From assembly GCA_963796105.1 (NCBI GenBank), contig CAWCKJ010000002.1, forward strand, positions 32,001 to 96,000: 64,000 nt of DNA, given 5' to 3'. The notes under the pieces were generated by a model, which saw only the letters and a list, made by a program, of their open reading frames with translations, was not told where the DNA came from and made no database searches. Both the position numbers and the translations under genes were made by a program. The DNA is from a candidate division FCPU426 bacterium. Lineage in GTDB: Bacteria; Oederibacteriota; Muellerivitia; Muellerivitales; Muellerivitaceae. This document shows positions 21,473 to 31,558 of this stretch, in pieces (the first letter of the stretch is position 1; the number at the start of each line of letters is the position of its first letter).

Positions 21473-22119
21473 GTGAAGCGCGTCGTCTTCGATACCAATG
21501 TCTGGGTTTCGGCGTTTGCTTTTCGGGGGCGAGTCCGCCTCCTTTTGGAGCCGCTCCTGCGCGGGGAGGTGGATGTGGCGCTTTCCCCCTTCATTCTTGA
21601 CGAAACGGCCCATGTCCTAAGGGGGCGCAAGTTCAAATATTCAGCCGAAGCGGTTGCGGCCGTCGAGCGTGAGATGAGGGACATGGCCCGCATGGTCCGT
21701 CCGGTTGAGCGTTTGAGGGTTCTGAAAGACGATCCGGACGACGATCGGATCTTGGAATGCGCCGTGGCATCTGGCGCCGAAATCATCGTTTCAGGGGACC
21801 GGCTGAATTCAGGCCCCGGCTTTAGCCGGGGACAAGCCGTGCACTTGGCCGGGGATCTTACTCCGGCCAAGTGGCGACCCGAAGCTCTGACCTCCGCTGC
21901 GGTGAGGAGGGCCGCCCTTGGCCGCATCTTTTATCGCTCGGCTCCTACAGGGGCATACGCATCCTGGATCCCGCGGCGTTCCTCGGGGAACTTGCGGGGG
22001 TATCGGATGCCGGGGTAAATCCGGAAGGCGGTCCTGGCGCGCGGGAGAATCAAGCTGCCTACCGGATGAGTGGGCCAAAAGTGAAGCCCCAGTCCAAGAA
22101 AAAGAAAAGGTCAGCCTGA
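21473..22119 (+). pseudogene. PIN-domain (PIN_3-type) toxin gene frameshifted by a 122-bp insertion at 21801-21922
   Basis: VVFDTNVW...DDPDDDRILECAV...IVSGD; the expected continuation (P)HLLSLGSYRGIRILDP lies in another frame; deleting 21801-21922 restores a 174-aa ORF. Confidence 0.85.
21801..21922 (+). mobile_element. 98-bp multi-hairpin MITE/REPIN-like element carrying a nested 24-bp hairpin
   Basis: Colinear with the reverse complement of 31450-31547; shared CAAGTGGCGACCCGAAG core and GGCTG...CCCTTG(G/A)C ends. Confidence 0.8.
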
Positions 22120-22248
22120 ACCAAAGCTCACGTGAAGTTATATAAAATGACCTCCAAACTTTTAATGCGGGGAACGACAAATTATGGCGCTTTGGGTTAT
22201 AATGACTTTCAAAGAGATAGTTTGTTAACTGATTTTAGGGGCGAAATC

Positions 22249-22539
22249 ATGGGCATCCAAGAAATCCTTCAGAATCAACGGTCTAAAATTCTCGAAATCG
22301 CGCATAAGCACGGGGTCAAAGACATAAGTGTCTTTGGGTCGGTGGCCCGTGGTGACGCCCAGGAAAACAGTGACGTGGATTTTCTCATAACGGCGGGTTC
22401 AAAAGTTAGTCCCTGGTTTCCAGGGGGACTTGTCGCCGACTTGGAAGATCTCTTAGGCCGGAAAGTCGATGTAGTGGAACCTAAGGCCTTACGACCGGAA
22501 ATCCGGCAAAACGTGCTTTACGAAGCCCGTCCGCTTTGA
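22249..22539 (+). CDS. mntA: minimal nucleotidyltransferase antitoxin (MNT)
   Basis: FGSVARGD...SDVD (GSx10DxD); LEDLLGRKVDVV. Confidence 0.9.
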   Translation: MGIQEILQNQRSKILEIAHKHGVKDISVFGSVARGDAQENSDVDFLITAGSKVSPWFPGGLVADLEDLLGRKVDVVEPKALRPEIRQNVLYEARPL

Positions 22540-22865
22540 AAGACGAAAGCTCTTACCTGCGTCATATTTTGGAATGCGCTGCGGCTGTTCAAGGCTATGT
22601 GGCTGAAGGCCGCGAGGCGTTTAATCACGACCGCCGTACCCAGAAGGCGGTCCTTAGGGAACTCCAGGAACTATCGGAATCACTTCAACACATTTCCAAA
22701 GAAACAAAAGAAAAACATCCTGAAATCCCGTGGCGTGACATTTCGGCTTTCCGAAACGTTTTGGTGCATGATTATCTCGGCATTAATTTAGACCGAATTT
22801 GGGAAATCATCCATGAGGATTTGCCGACTCTTGCGGAAACAATTAAGGCCTTGTTTGGGTCGTAA
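22536..22865 (+). CDS. hepT: HEPN (DUF86) ribonuclease toxin
   Basis: PEIPW...FRNVLVHDY (Rx4HxY); 4-bp overlap with the MNT gene. Confidence 0.9.
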   Translation: MKDESSYLRHILECAAAVQGYVAEGREAFNHDRRTQKAVLRELQELSESLQHISKETKEKHPEIPWRDISAFRNVLVHDYLGINLDRIWEIIHEDLPTLAETIKALFGS

Positions 22866-22913
22866 CGCGGGAGAGAGGAACCGACCGAGAAGATAAACCG
22901 CGGGGTTTTAAAT

Positions 22914-22947
22914 AAAAAAAAGCCCGGCGGCTTTTCAGCCCCGGGCT
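22914..22947 (-). terminator. intrinsic terminator after small peptide gene 1
   Basis: AGCCCGG...CCGGGCT stem plus U-run on the minus strand. Confidence 0.7.
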
Positions 22948-23000
22948 ATCAACAATTAAAAATTCAAAATTAAGAATTTAAAATTCGGTGGTTTTCCCGC

Positions 23001-23231
23001 TCAGCGGACCGTAACCGGCGCGCTTGCTGATCCGGCTGGTTTGTGGTTGAGATTGCGGTGGAACCTCGGTCCCACGAATTTCTTCTTGCTGTATTCCTTC
23101 TTGGGGCCGGTATAGGCCGGGCGGGTGTGGACGCGTTTGGGCTTGGCCGTAGAATTATCCTGCGCGAAGCTCATTCCCGCGAACACCGCCAGGAACATCA
23201 TCACCATCCCGATCGTGAATATTTTTTTCAT
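23001..23231 (-). CDS. small secreted cationic peptide, paralog 1 (76 aa)
   Basis: AGGAG RBS; signal MKKIFTIG...MSFA|QDN; K/R/P/H-rich mature part; two paralogs in this window. Confidence 0.8.
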   Translation of the reverse strand: MKKIFTIGMVMMFLAVFAGMSFAQDNSTAKPKRVHTRPAYTGPKKEYSKKKFVGPRFHRNLNHKPAGSASAPVTVR

Positions 23232-23297
23232 TTCAATCTCCTTAATTTAAAATTTAGAATTCAAAATTTAAAATTCGCGTTCTTTCGCTTATTCGCG

Positions 23298-26042
23298 TCA
23301 GTGTATTATTGCCACTTTTCCAGTATAGGTCTTTCCATCTACTTGTATTTTATAGATATACAACCCCGTCGCCACCTGCGATCCGGCTTGGTTCTTTAAG
23401 GTCCATTCCAATAAGTTCGTTCCCGTTGTGCCTGAAATCTTCGTATTGTAAACCAACTCTCCAATAAGGGAATAAAGGTTTAATTTGATAGCGGAAGCGT
23501 TAGTTATGGTGACCCGGAACTGGATCGGCGTGCCGTCCTTGGAAATGCTTGGCGCTGAAACCACAGCAGGTCCCACTCCCGGTGTAGGCGTAGCGGTCTG
23601 ATAAATCGGCGTCGGGGTAGGGGTTGTTTCGGGTTTGACTCCTAAAACCACATTCTTGATTTTGACGGAGCCGGTGTTTGAATATTCATCAATGACATAA
23701 TTCCCGCAATCCACCACGAATAAGTCGCCGGAAGAATCGTATGACAAACAGCTAGGATTATAGAAATCGATGGTCCCGCCATCAACTTCGCCTGAATGAG
23801 ACCCGGTGTTGGAGGTCAAAACAACGCGGTTATTATCCCAATCGCTGATATAAAGGTTGTCATTCGAGTCAATTACCAAGCCAGCGCTATAAGTGCCTAA
23901 AGACGTGCTCCAACCACTACCTGAACCATTAAAGGAAGTTATAAGACTATATGTATTTTTGTTGTACTCGGAGATGGTTATTCCTGGATTTCCATAAGTA
24001 TCAACCCAGTAATTTCCGCTTGAGTCTAGGGCTAAATCTTGTGGGTATTCTGTGGACCCTGCGGGAATGATGTTGGTTCCTGTATCATCGGACCAAGAGA
24101 TGGACCAGACCCCCGTGTCGTCCGCCACCAAGAGGTTTCCGTTTTTATCAATTCTGACACTGTTGCACAAATAGCAGGCGCCTTGTGCGTTCCAGGTTAT
24201 ATCGGGCACATAACCCGTAGCGTTAAGGAAAAAGCCGGCTACCCCATTGCCATATTCAGGGACGTAGAGTTCGTCGTTACTATCAATAGCCATATTTCCA
24301 ATAAAGCCGCCTGTTGTGGGGATGGTATAAAGTAAAGTAGTGCCGGTAATGTCATAAACGTAAATATCTCCAGTCGCGTCGCCATCATTGATCACTAGAA
24401 AATTAGTACTATCCGTCACGACACTCCATGGATTAGTGTCGGAATCCATGCCTGAGGGACTATAAACCGTTGATAAATTCCAGCCGGTTAATTGCTGGGG
24501 CGGGGTAGAGGTAAAGGTGGGCGTATAGGTGGAAGTCCCAGTGGGTATTGGTGTTGGGGTATTAGTAGGCTGGCAGGGAGGTACAATTTCTAAAGCAAAC
24601 AATTCCGCGCCATTTGCTTTTTTAAAGCCACAAGTTACGGCATAAGAACTTAAAGGACCAAAAGGGGGAAGAAAGTTCGTGTCAAGGTCCCCAATACCGC
24701 CACTTATTGGGGATTTGTATTCAGAAGTATGTACTAATGCCGGGGATGAAAAAGTAACTGGCAATAAAGTAGAACCGGCTAGATAACCCTCTATGTCGGT
24801 AAATATTCGACTGTAATATTTGCTAGTGTTTAATGTAATCGCATGTTGGGTATTTGAGTTTAATGTATCGTCAAAAAATGACACTGCTCCGAAAGGAGCG
24901 CTAGTATTAACATTCCAATAACTCGCGACATAAGCATTGAATCTTGTTGCCGAACTACAATTTACAGATACTCCTGAGGAGCCGGTAGGAGGATTGGAAA
25001 GATACCAAAGGGAATGTGTGAAATTGGAACCAATTATGGGTGTGAAAACCGGCGTACAAATTGAACCCCCAATATTAACTTGAGATATGGTTGAGGTTTT
25101 ATCAGCAATGATGACATCAACAAGCGCTATTGGATTAGGGTTACTCCCAATAGCTATAGTTGAAACCTGACGCAAACCCGCCGCGGCCGCTGTTCCATTT
25201 GTTGAATTATCAAATTGAACAAAGCATTGCGGGGTGATGGTTGGCGTAAAAGTAAAGGTAGGTGTGTATGAAGGGGTATAAGTATATGTTGGTGTATAGG
25301 TATAGGTAGGTACGGCACCATTTCCAACAAGTTCCACCCCTTGGAAATCGGCTTTTTGGGCTGAAGATAATGAATAGGTCATTTGTGTCGCGCCGGCGGC
25401 TCCTTTTGTCAAATAATCTCCCTCAGTAGTAAGGCTTATGGGCTCATTCCAAGTTTGTGTATGCCCTGTTCCGGTCGGGTTGATGGAAATGACCGTAGCA
25501 CCAGTAGCCTGCAGGCACATTCCCGCGATCAGGCTTGTATTATATTTTGTGGTAAACGCGAATGACTGGCTAGCCGTCGCTGTAGTGTTGGCTAAATATT
25601 TAGTGTTTCCAAAATACGGGTTTTGATTGACATTTTGGTAACAGACCGCGGCCATATTAATATTCGAGACGGGCGTACTTGTGACAGTAAGAATGACAGG
25701 AATACTTCCAGTACCCGGGTTGAGAAAATAATAAGTATCAAGAGTTAATCCGTTCGTGGCATCCGAACTATGAATGGATCGCGTCATGGCTTTTCCATTG
25801 CAGGTCGCGGATATTGTCGCGGCCGCTATTTGAATAGAAGCTTGAAGAAGCACCACCGAATTTGTGGTGCCAGCGGGAATATTCAAGGTAACAGTTGCGG
25901 GCGAGGTACTGGATTGAGTCGTGGCCATTGAAACATACACAGGCTGGGCCTGGGCCAGATGAGAATTAAAAAGAATGAAAAGCAGGAAAAAGATTTTAAC
26001 CGGATGAAAAAGATTAATATTTTTTGTAGTAAAAAAACGCAT
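23298..26042 (-). CDS. secreted surface protein (914 aa): two copies of the beta-rich passenger domain, NHL propeller, C-terminal sorting-like domain
   Basis: Signal LAQA|Q; shared propeller ([21 protein letters not shown]); C-terminus GLYIYKIQ...GKVAIIH. Confidence 0.88.
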   Translation of the reverse strand: MRFFTTKNINLFHPVKIFFLLFILFNSHLAQAQPVYVSMATTQSSTSPATVTLNIPAGTTNSVVLLQASIQIAAATISATCNGKAMTRSIHSSDATNGLTLDTYYFLNPGTGSIPVILTVTSTPVSNINMAAVCYQNVNQNPYFGNTKYLANTTATASQSFAFTTKYNTSLIAGMCLQATGATVISINPTGTGHTQTWNEPISLTTEGDYLTKGAAGATQMTYSLSSAQKADFQGVELVGNGAVPTYTYTPTYTYTPSYTPTFTFTPTITPQCFVQFDNSTNGTAAAAGLRQVSTIAIGSNPNPIALVDVIIADKTSTISQVNIGGSICTPVFTPIIGSNFTHSLWYLSNPPTGSSGVSVNCSSATRFNAYVASYWNVNTSAPFGAVSFFDDTLNSNTQHAITLNTSKYYSRIFTDIEGYLAGSTLLPVTFSSPALVHTSEYKSPISGGIGDLDTNFLPPFGPLSSYAVTCGFKKANGAELFALEIVPPCQPTNTPTPIPTGTSTYTPTFTSTPPQQLTGWNLSTVYSPSGMDSDTNPWSVVTDSTNFLVINDGDATGDIYVYDITGTTLLYTIPTTGGFIGNMAIDSNDELYVPEYGNGVAGFFLNATGYVPDITWNAQGACYLCNSVRIDKNGNLLVADDTGVWSISWSDDTGTNIIPAGSTEYPQDLALDSSGNYWVDTYGNPGITISEYNKNTYSLITSFNGSGSGWSTSLGTYSAGLVIDSNDNLYISDWDNNRVVLTSNTGSHSGEVDGGTIDFYNPSCLSYDSSGDLFVVDCGNYVIDEYSNTGSVKIKNVVLGVKPETTPTPTPIYQTATPTPGVGPAVVSAPSISKDGTPIQFRVTITNASAIKLNLYSLIGELVYNTKISGTTGTNLLEWTLKNQAGSQVATGLYIYKIQVDGKTYTGKVAIIH

Positions 26043-26295
26043 TGCGGCTTCCGATCCTCCGGGAATAGACCAGCTTAAAACTTAAATAAATTCAGGATTT
26101 TCACTCAGGGGTTTGGGGTTTGACAGCCATTGTGTGTAGTATAGTGGTTGGAACCTTTGGTACCAGCTGTAAATATTGAACCCTGTCCTTAAATTATACA
26201 GTTTATCGGTGGGGATAGATTAAATAACAAATAGTATTAAACGCACAAATATGGGATTTTTATGGATTTAACAATGAAAAGAGGGGGGGTAAAAC

Positions 26296-26325
26296 AAAAA
26301 GCCCGGCGGCTATTCAGCCCCGGGC
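26296..26325 (-). terminator. intrinsic terminator after small peptide gene 2
   Basis: GCCCGG...CCGGGC stem plus U-run; paralogous to 22914-22947. Confidence 0.65.
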
Positions 26326-26378
26326 ATTCAGCAATTTAAAATTAAAAATTGAGAATTTAAAATTCGGTGGTTTTCCGC

Positions 26379-26606
26379 TTAACGGACCGTAACAGGCGCG
26401 CTATTTGATCCGGCTGGTTTGTGTTTTAACCTGCTGGGGGCCAAGAACTTGGGCCTTAACTTGCTGATGTCGCCCCTCTTCACCTGGTGAGGAGGCCGGC
26501 TGTGCCGGGCCTTGTTATAAGGCACTGTATTATCCTGCGCGAAGCTCATTCCAGCGAAAACCGCCAGGAACATCATCGCCATCCCGATCGTGAATATTTT
26601 TTTCAT
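26379..26606 (-). CDS. small secreted cationic peptide, paralog 2 (75 aa)
   Basis: AAGGAG RBS; near-identical signal peptide; tail HKPAGS.SAPVTVR shared with paralog 1. Confidence 0.8.
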   Translation of the reverse strand: MKKIFTIGMAMMFLAVFAGMSFAQDNTVPYNKARHSRPPHQVKRGDISKLRPKFLAPSRLKHKPAGSNSAPVTVR

Positions 26607-28407
26607 TTCAATCTCCTTTAAATTTTTGTTTGTCATTGCGAGCTTCGAACTTAGAAGCGAAGCAACCCCAGTCGGTGGTGGTTTTGATTTGTGTTGTTTT
26701 TGCACTTTCCTTTGTAATTTAAAACTTAAAATTCAAAATTTATAATTCAAGTTTTCAATGAATAATTGCAATTTTTCCAGTGGAAACTTGATTGTCCGCT
26801 TGAATCTTATAGATGTAAAGCCCCGCAGCTACTTTTGATCCCGATTGGTTCTTCAAGGCCCATTCCAACATGTTCACGCCAACGCTTCCAGAGATGGTCT
26901 CTGAATAAACCAAATTGCCCGTAAGGGAATAAAGGTTTAATTTGATCGAGGAAGCATCGGTCAGCGTTATTTTGAATTGAATAGGCGTTCCGTCCTTCGA
27001 AATGCTCGGCTCGGTTATAACGGCCAAGTTTGGTTCCGGTATTGGTGTGGCAATCGCGGCGGTGGGTGATGGAGTAGGTGTCGGCGTCGGCCTTTCGGTG
27101 CCCCAAACCGCGTTCATGATGATGCCGCCCCCATTGCCGGGTGCGTAAACATCCACAAGTTCATTTCCGCAATCAACTACCCAAGTTTGCGTGACGCCGG
27201 AATTGTTGAAAGCCAAGCAACTTGGATTGTTGTATAAAGTGGCTGGTGAACTGGGACCGAGTTGGGTTAAAGCCCCCATGTAATTACCGGTAGGTGAGGC
27301 GTAAACCACCCGGTTATTGTCCCAGTCGCTGATGAAAAGATTATTTTGGGCGTCGATGATGAGGCTGGCGCTATAAGTACCCAATGTTGGGGCAGTGGTG
27401 GAATAGGCTGGACCCGTGGGCCAGCTTGATATCCCATTGCCATTGAAGCCAGATTGGTAAACACCTGAGGAGTTGTACTGACAGATGGATGTCCCGGAAT
27501 TATTGACGTAATAATCGACATAATAATTTCCATTTGTATCCCAAGCCACGTCCTGCGCGGTTAACCCAGTTGGCGGGGAGATTTTTAATGATTGGGTGTC
27601 ATTTAAAACGGAAGTGACATAAACACCAGTATCATCAGCGATTAACAGACTCACAGGTGATGATGGGCTATTGAGCCTGACACCATTACATAAAAGGGCA
27701 TTGCTATCCGAAGTATATTCGTAGTCAATTTTGGAAGGCGTAGAGGTAAGTTGATAAGAAATCACGCCGTAGCCATATATGGGGACATAAAGAATATGGT
27801 TGGTATCAATGGCCATACTGCCAAGAAAGCCATTGGCGGCGGCAGGCGTAATAGTCCCAGGGGTAAAACTATAGTCAAAAGTACCAGTAGGGGAATACAC
27901 ATAAATATTACCATTTGCATCCCCGTCATTGACCGCGATGTAAGCCCCATCCGTCACAGCGCTCCAAGGATTAGTATTGCTGTTAAAAGTTGTTTGGGCT
28001 TCGGGCATGAAAACGGTAACCGCTGAACCTGCCCAAGCACTAATGGGTATGGGGGTGGGCGTGCAACCAGCCGCAGAAGCAATTTCAACTACCTGAATAT
28101 CAGACGATGTAGGTACGGAAAAAGTGTAGGACATAATATATGAATTGGTAGTGGTAGTAGGCATATCATCGCCTTCACTCGTTCTACGTGTAGTTGGTCT
28201 TTCCTGCCATCTTTGTTGTTGAGTACCGCTGGGGGTAATTTTTGGGGTACCTCCACTTGATGCCATACACAGAGCTGCTAAAAGGCTGTAATCGGCATTA
28301 GTTGGTATAGTGAAACTTGGGGTGGTACTAGAAGGGTAAGGAGAATTGGTTACATTAAGAATGGGATTAGTTTGTGCTACATTCTGGTACAAAAGGACTC
28401 CGAAATT

Positions 28408-29393
28408 CATGCTTCTGTATTAAGTGACCCTTGAAATAAAGGAATACATAGGTATACTGTCCGCTACGGGAGGTGGTACATGAGCTACCAGCGGATGAAA
28501 AGCATTAAAATTCTGAGGAAAATCCACACGGAAGAAGAAGCCCGCCAATGGGTGTGGAGATGCCGTTTCGGCGGGAAAGACTTTGTTTGTCCCCAATGTG
28601 AGGGCGAAAGCTTCTGGCAACACCAGGCCAAGCCTGAAGTGAGGGAATGTGACTATTGCCGGAAACGTCTTCGGCTTCGCGCCGGGACGATTTTTGAAAG
28701 CTCCAAGCTGCCTCTTTTAACCTGGGTCAGGGCCATCAGTTTGATGATGCAGGGCAAACGGGGTATTTCGGCCCTGGAACTGAAGCGGCATTTAAATCTT
28801 TCGGATCATTCGGCATGGCTTCTATTGCATAAGATCCGGGAAGGTCTTAGGCAAAAGGACGAAAGCTATACTCTAAAGGGCGTCATTGAGTTGGATGGGG
28901 CGGTTTTTGGGAAAAAGGCCAAGGAAAACCAAGTGGAAGTCTTGGTGGCGGTGGAAAGCAAGGAATGGGTGGATGAGAATGGTTGCAAGAAGGAAAAAGC
29001 GGGTTTTGCCAAGGTGAAGGTAGCTATGGAAACCAAGTGGGAGAGCCAGGAATTCGTGAATCAGACTATGGAAAAAGGCTCTTTCCTCAACACAGATGCT
29101 TCGCCAGCCTTGCGTGAACTCAAAGGAGTGGAGGCAGACTACCGGGTGATGGCCAATGACCCGAAAGAGTTGGAAAGTTGGTTGCCCTGGGTACACCGGT
29201 TCATTTCCAACGCCAAGGCCTGGATCATTGGAACTCATCATGGCGTTGATGCTAAGTATTTAGGCCGGTATCTAAGTGAATATGCCTATCGGTTCAACCG
29301 TCGTCATGATCCCGATTCCTTATTTCACCGTGCTTTGACCGCATGTGCCTTAGCAAAACCCATTACAGCACGGTCACTTTGTGCATAAGCATA
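28408..29393 (+). mobile_element. complete IS1595-family (ISXO2-like) insertion sequence (986 bp)
   Basis: Imperfect IR ATGCTTCTGTATTAAGTGACC / GGTCACTTTGTGCATAAGCAT; 8-bp TSD CCGAAATT at 28400-28407 and 29394-29401. Confidence 0.95.
28480..29388 (+). CDS. IS1595-family transposase
   Basis: Zn ribbon CPQC..CDYC, AGTIF, IELDG, NTD, GTHHGV..YLSEYAYRFNRR. Confidence 0.95.
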   Translation: MSYQRMKSIKILRKIHTEEEARQWVWRCRFGGKDFVCPQCEGESFWQHQAKPEVRECDYCRKRLRLRAGTIFESSKLPLLTWVRAISLMMQGKRGISALELKRHLNLSDHSAWLLLHKIREGLRQKDESYTLKGVIELDGAVFGKKAKENQVEVLVAVESKEWVDENGCKKEKAGFAKVKVAMETKWESQEFVNQTMEKGSFLNTDASPALRELKGVEADYRVMANDPKELESWLPWVHRFISNAKAWIIGTHHGVDAKYLGRYLSEYAYRFNRRHDPDSLFHRALTACALAKPITARSLCA

Positions 29394-30245
29394 CCGAAAT
29401 TAAGTTGACAAGCGTTATTGAGATTAACTGCAATAGTATTTGGACCGCTTGGATTAAGAACATAATAAGTTGCAAGCGCATCATCTGAATCAATATATGG
29501 GGTTGAGGCCGGGATCACACCAGAAGTACTACCATTATCTGTCACTGAATTAATAATTGGGGCGGCAGTACTTTGGAGGGCTATTTGAATGACCAATAAA
29601 GTATTTAGAGGACCTGAGGTAACAGTATATGGGACTGAACCACCCAAAACGGTAACGCCACTACTTGTAAATGTAACACCAGAAACGAATGAAGGAACAC
29701 AACTTTGCCCCTTCGCCTCCTGGGGTATCGACATGATTAAAAATAGCGCGGGGAGGAGCAGGGCTCCCAGGCTCCGGGATAGGTTCTTTTTAGACCTGAA
29801 TAAAGACTTCATAGTCAATCTCCTTTAATTTACCGACCCTGTTTAGTGGTTTCTCGGTTTGTTACTCCCCTGAATAATGACCTTCTTTAATTCAACATTC
29901 AAAATTAAGAATTCAGCATTGTTTTTACAGTCTCTCGGCTGTTTCTGGTGGGTAATGAAGAGGTGTCGTCCATACCAAGCCGCATCAATATTTCACGTAG
30001 TAAAGTCTATCCTTGGATTAGGGTTTCCGCTAGGTTTAAATATGAATAATCTAAATAACAATTAATGTTAAATGAGAAACTTAACGTGCAGTTTACAAAT
30101 GACAATAAAAATGATCACAAAGTGGGGATTTAAAAGAACAAAGAGAATGCGGAATGAAAGTTGAACAATGGAAAAGAATTGGGTTTTAAAAGATCGATAT
30201 GATAATGTAAATATAATATTTATATTATCATGATATAATAAACCT

Positions 30246-31397
30246 ATGTTTGATCGGCTCCAAACCTTTCATAAACGAAAAAACGAAAGCGCCTTTCTTT
30301 GGGGAGCGCGGCAGACCGGGAAAAGCACTCTCTTGAAGGAATTGTTTCCCAAAGCGCCCTATTACGACCTGCTTCTTTCCGATGAGTACGCCCGCCTCTC
30401 CAGGAAACCCTCTCTCTTGAGGGAGGAAGTTCTCGCTTCCGCCCCGCCCGAGGGCGTTCCCATCATCATCGACGAGGTCCAAAAATGCCCGTCCCTGCTG
30501 GACGAGGTCCAATGGTTGATGGTCAACCAGGGGGCCGCTTTTATCCTATGCGGTTCCAGCGCCCGGAAACTCAAACGGGCGGGAGCTAATTTGCTGGGAG
30601 GGAGGGCCCTTCGCTACGAGCTTCATCCCCTGGTCAGCGCTGAAATACCCCGGTTCAACCTGGAAAGGGCGCTCAACCATGGGCTCTTGCCGCGCCATTA
30701 CCTTGTTGAGGACGCCGAAAAACTCCTGGCCGCTTACCTGGGGGATTACTTGAGGGAAGAAATCGCGGCTGAGGCGTTGGTCCGCGACATTCCGCTGTTC
30801 GCGCGTTTCCTGGAAGCGGCGGTTTTCAGCAATGGGGAAATCCTGAATTACGCCAATATCGCGGCTGATTGCGGCGTGAGCGCGCCGACAGCCAAGGAAT
30901 ATTTCCAAATTTTGGAGGATACCCTTTTGGCGCGGACGCTTCCTTCCTACCGTAGGAAGCCAAAGCGCCGGGTTATCCAAGCGCCCAAGTTTTATTTTTT
31001 CGACGTGGGCGTGGCCAACCACCTTTTGAGGAGGGGAAAAATTGTCGAGGGCGGCGAGTCATTCGGAAAAGCCTTTGAGCATTTCATGTTCCAGGAAATT
31101 TGGGCCCATAGCCGTTACAGCGGCCTGGATTATCCGGTGTCTTATTGGCGGACAGCTTCGCAGTTGGAGGTGGATTTTATCCTGGGGGACAACGAGGTCG
31201 CGGTGGAGGTGAAATCCACTTCCTTGGCGGATGACCGCCATTTCAGGGGCCTTCGGGCGTTTCAGGAGGAATACAAGGTTAAGGAAGCCTTGCTAGTCTC
31301 AAGGGATCCGAAACCCCGCAAGGTGGGGAACATTCGTGTTTTGCCCTGGGAAGTTTTTCTGGGAGAGCTTTGGTCCGGAAAGTTGATGACCGGCTGA
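30246..31397 (+). CDS. AAA_14 / DUF4143 family ATPase
   Basis: GARQTGKST, IIDEVQK, LCGSS, KFYFFDVG, C-terminal EVDF..AVEVK. Confidence 0.9.
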   Translation: MFDRLQTFHKRKNESAFLWGARQTGKSTLLKELFPKAPYYDLLLSDEYARLSRKPSLLREEVLASAPPEGVPIIIDEVQKCPSLLDEVQWLMVNQGAAFILCGSSARKLKRAGANLLGGRALRYELHPLVSAEIPRFNLERALNHGLLPRHYLVEDAEKLLAAYLGDYLREEIAAEALVRDIPLFARFLEAAVFSNGEILNYANIAADCGVSAPTAKEYFQILEDTLLARTLPSYRRKPKRRVIQAPKFYFFDVGVANHLLRRGKIVEGGESFGKAFEHFMFQEIWAHSRYSGLDYPVSYWRTASQLEVDFILGDNEVAVEVKSTSLADDRHFRGLRAFQEEYKVKEALLVSRDPKPRKVGNIRVLPWEVFLGELWSGKLMTG

Positions 31398-31449
31398 TTT
31401 CAGGCCCCGGGCATTCAGCAATTTAAAATTGAGAATTTAAAATTCGGTC

Positions 31450-31547
31450 GTCAAGGGACGACCCTTCGGGTCGCCACTTGGGCGGGGTAAGTACCCACGC
31501 CCAAGTACACGGCTAGGCCCTCGGGCATGCCCGTGGCCAAGGCAGCC
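31450..31547 (-). mobile_element. second copy of the 98-bp multi-hairpin element
   Basis: Same length and landmarks as 21801-21922 minus the nested 24-mer; absent from the equivalent position downstream of peptide paralogs 1 and 2. Confidence 0.8.
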
Positions 31548-31558
31548 TGTATTTCCGC

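Larger units (their letters stand above)
26755..29818 (-). pseudogene. paralogous surface protein gene (about 689 aa when restored) interrupted by IS1595
   Basis: Removing 28408-29393 and one TSD copy joins ..NACQLNFG to VLLYQNVAQ.. in frame, matching the paralog motif (V/C)YQNV; ends GKIAIIH. Confidence 0.9.

Noticed and set aside
21801..22018. C-terminal extension of the 181-aa PIN ORF
   Set aside because: Read-through of the inserted element; the real PIN C-terminus is in another frame
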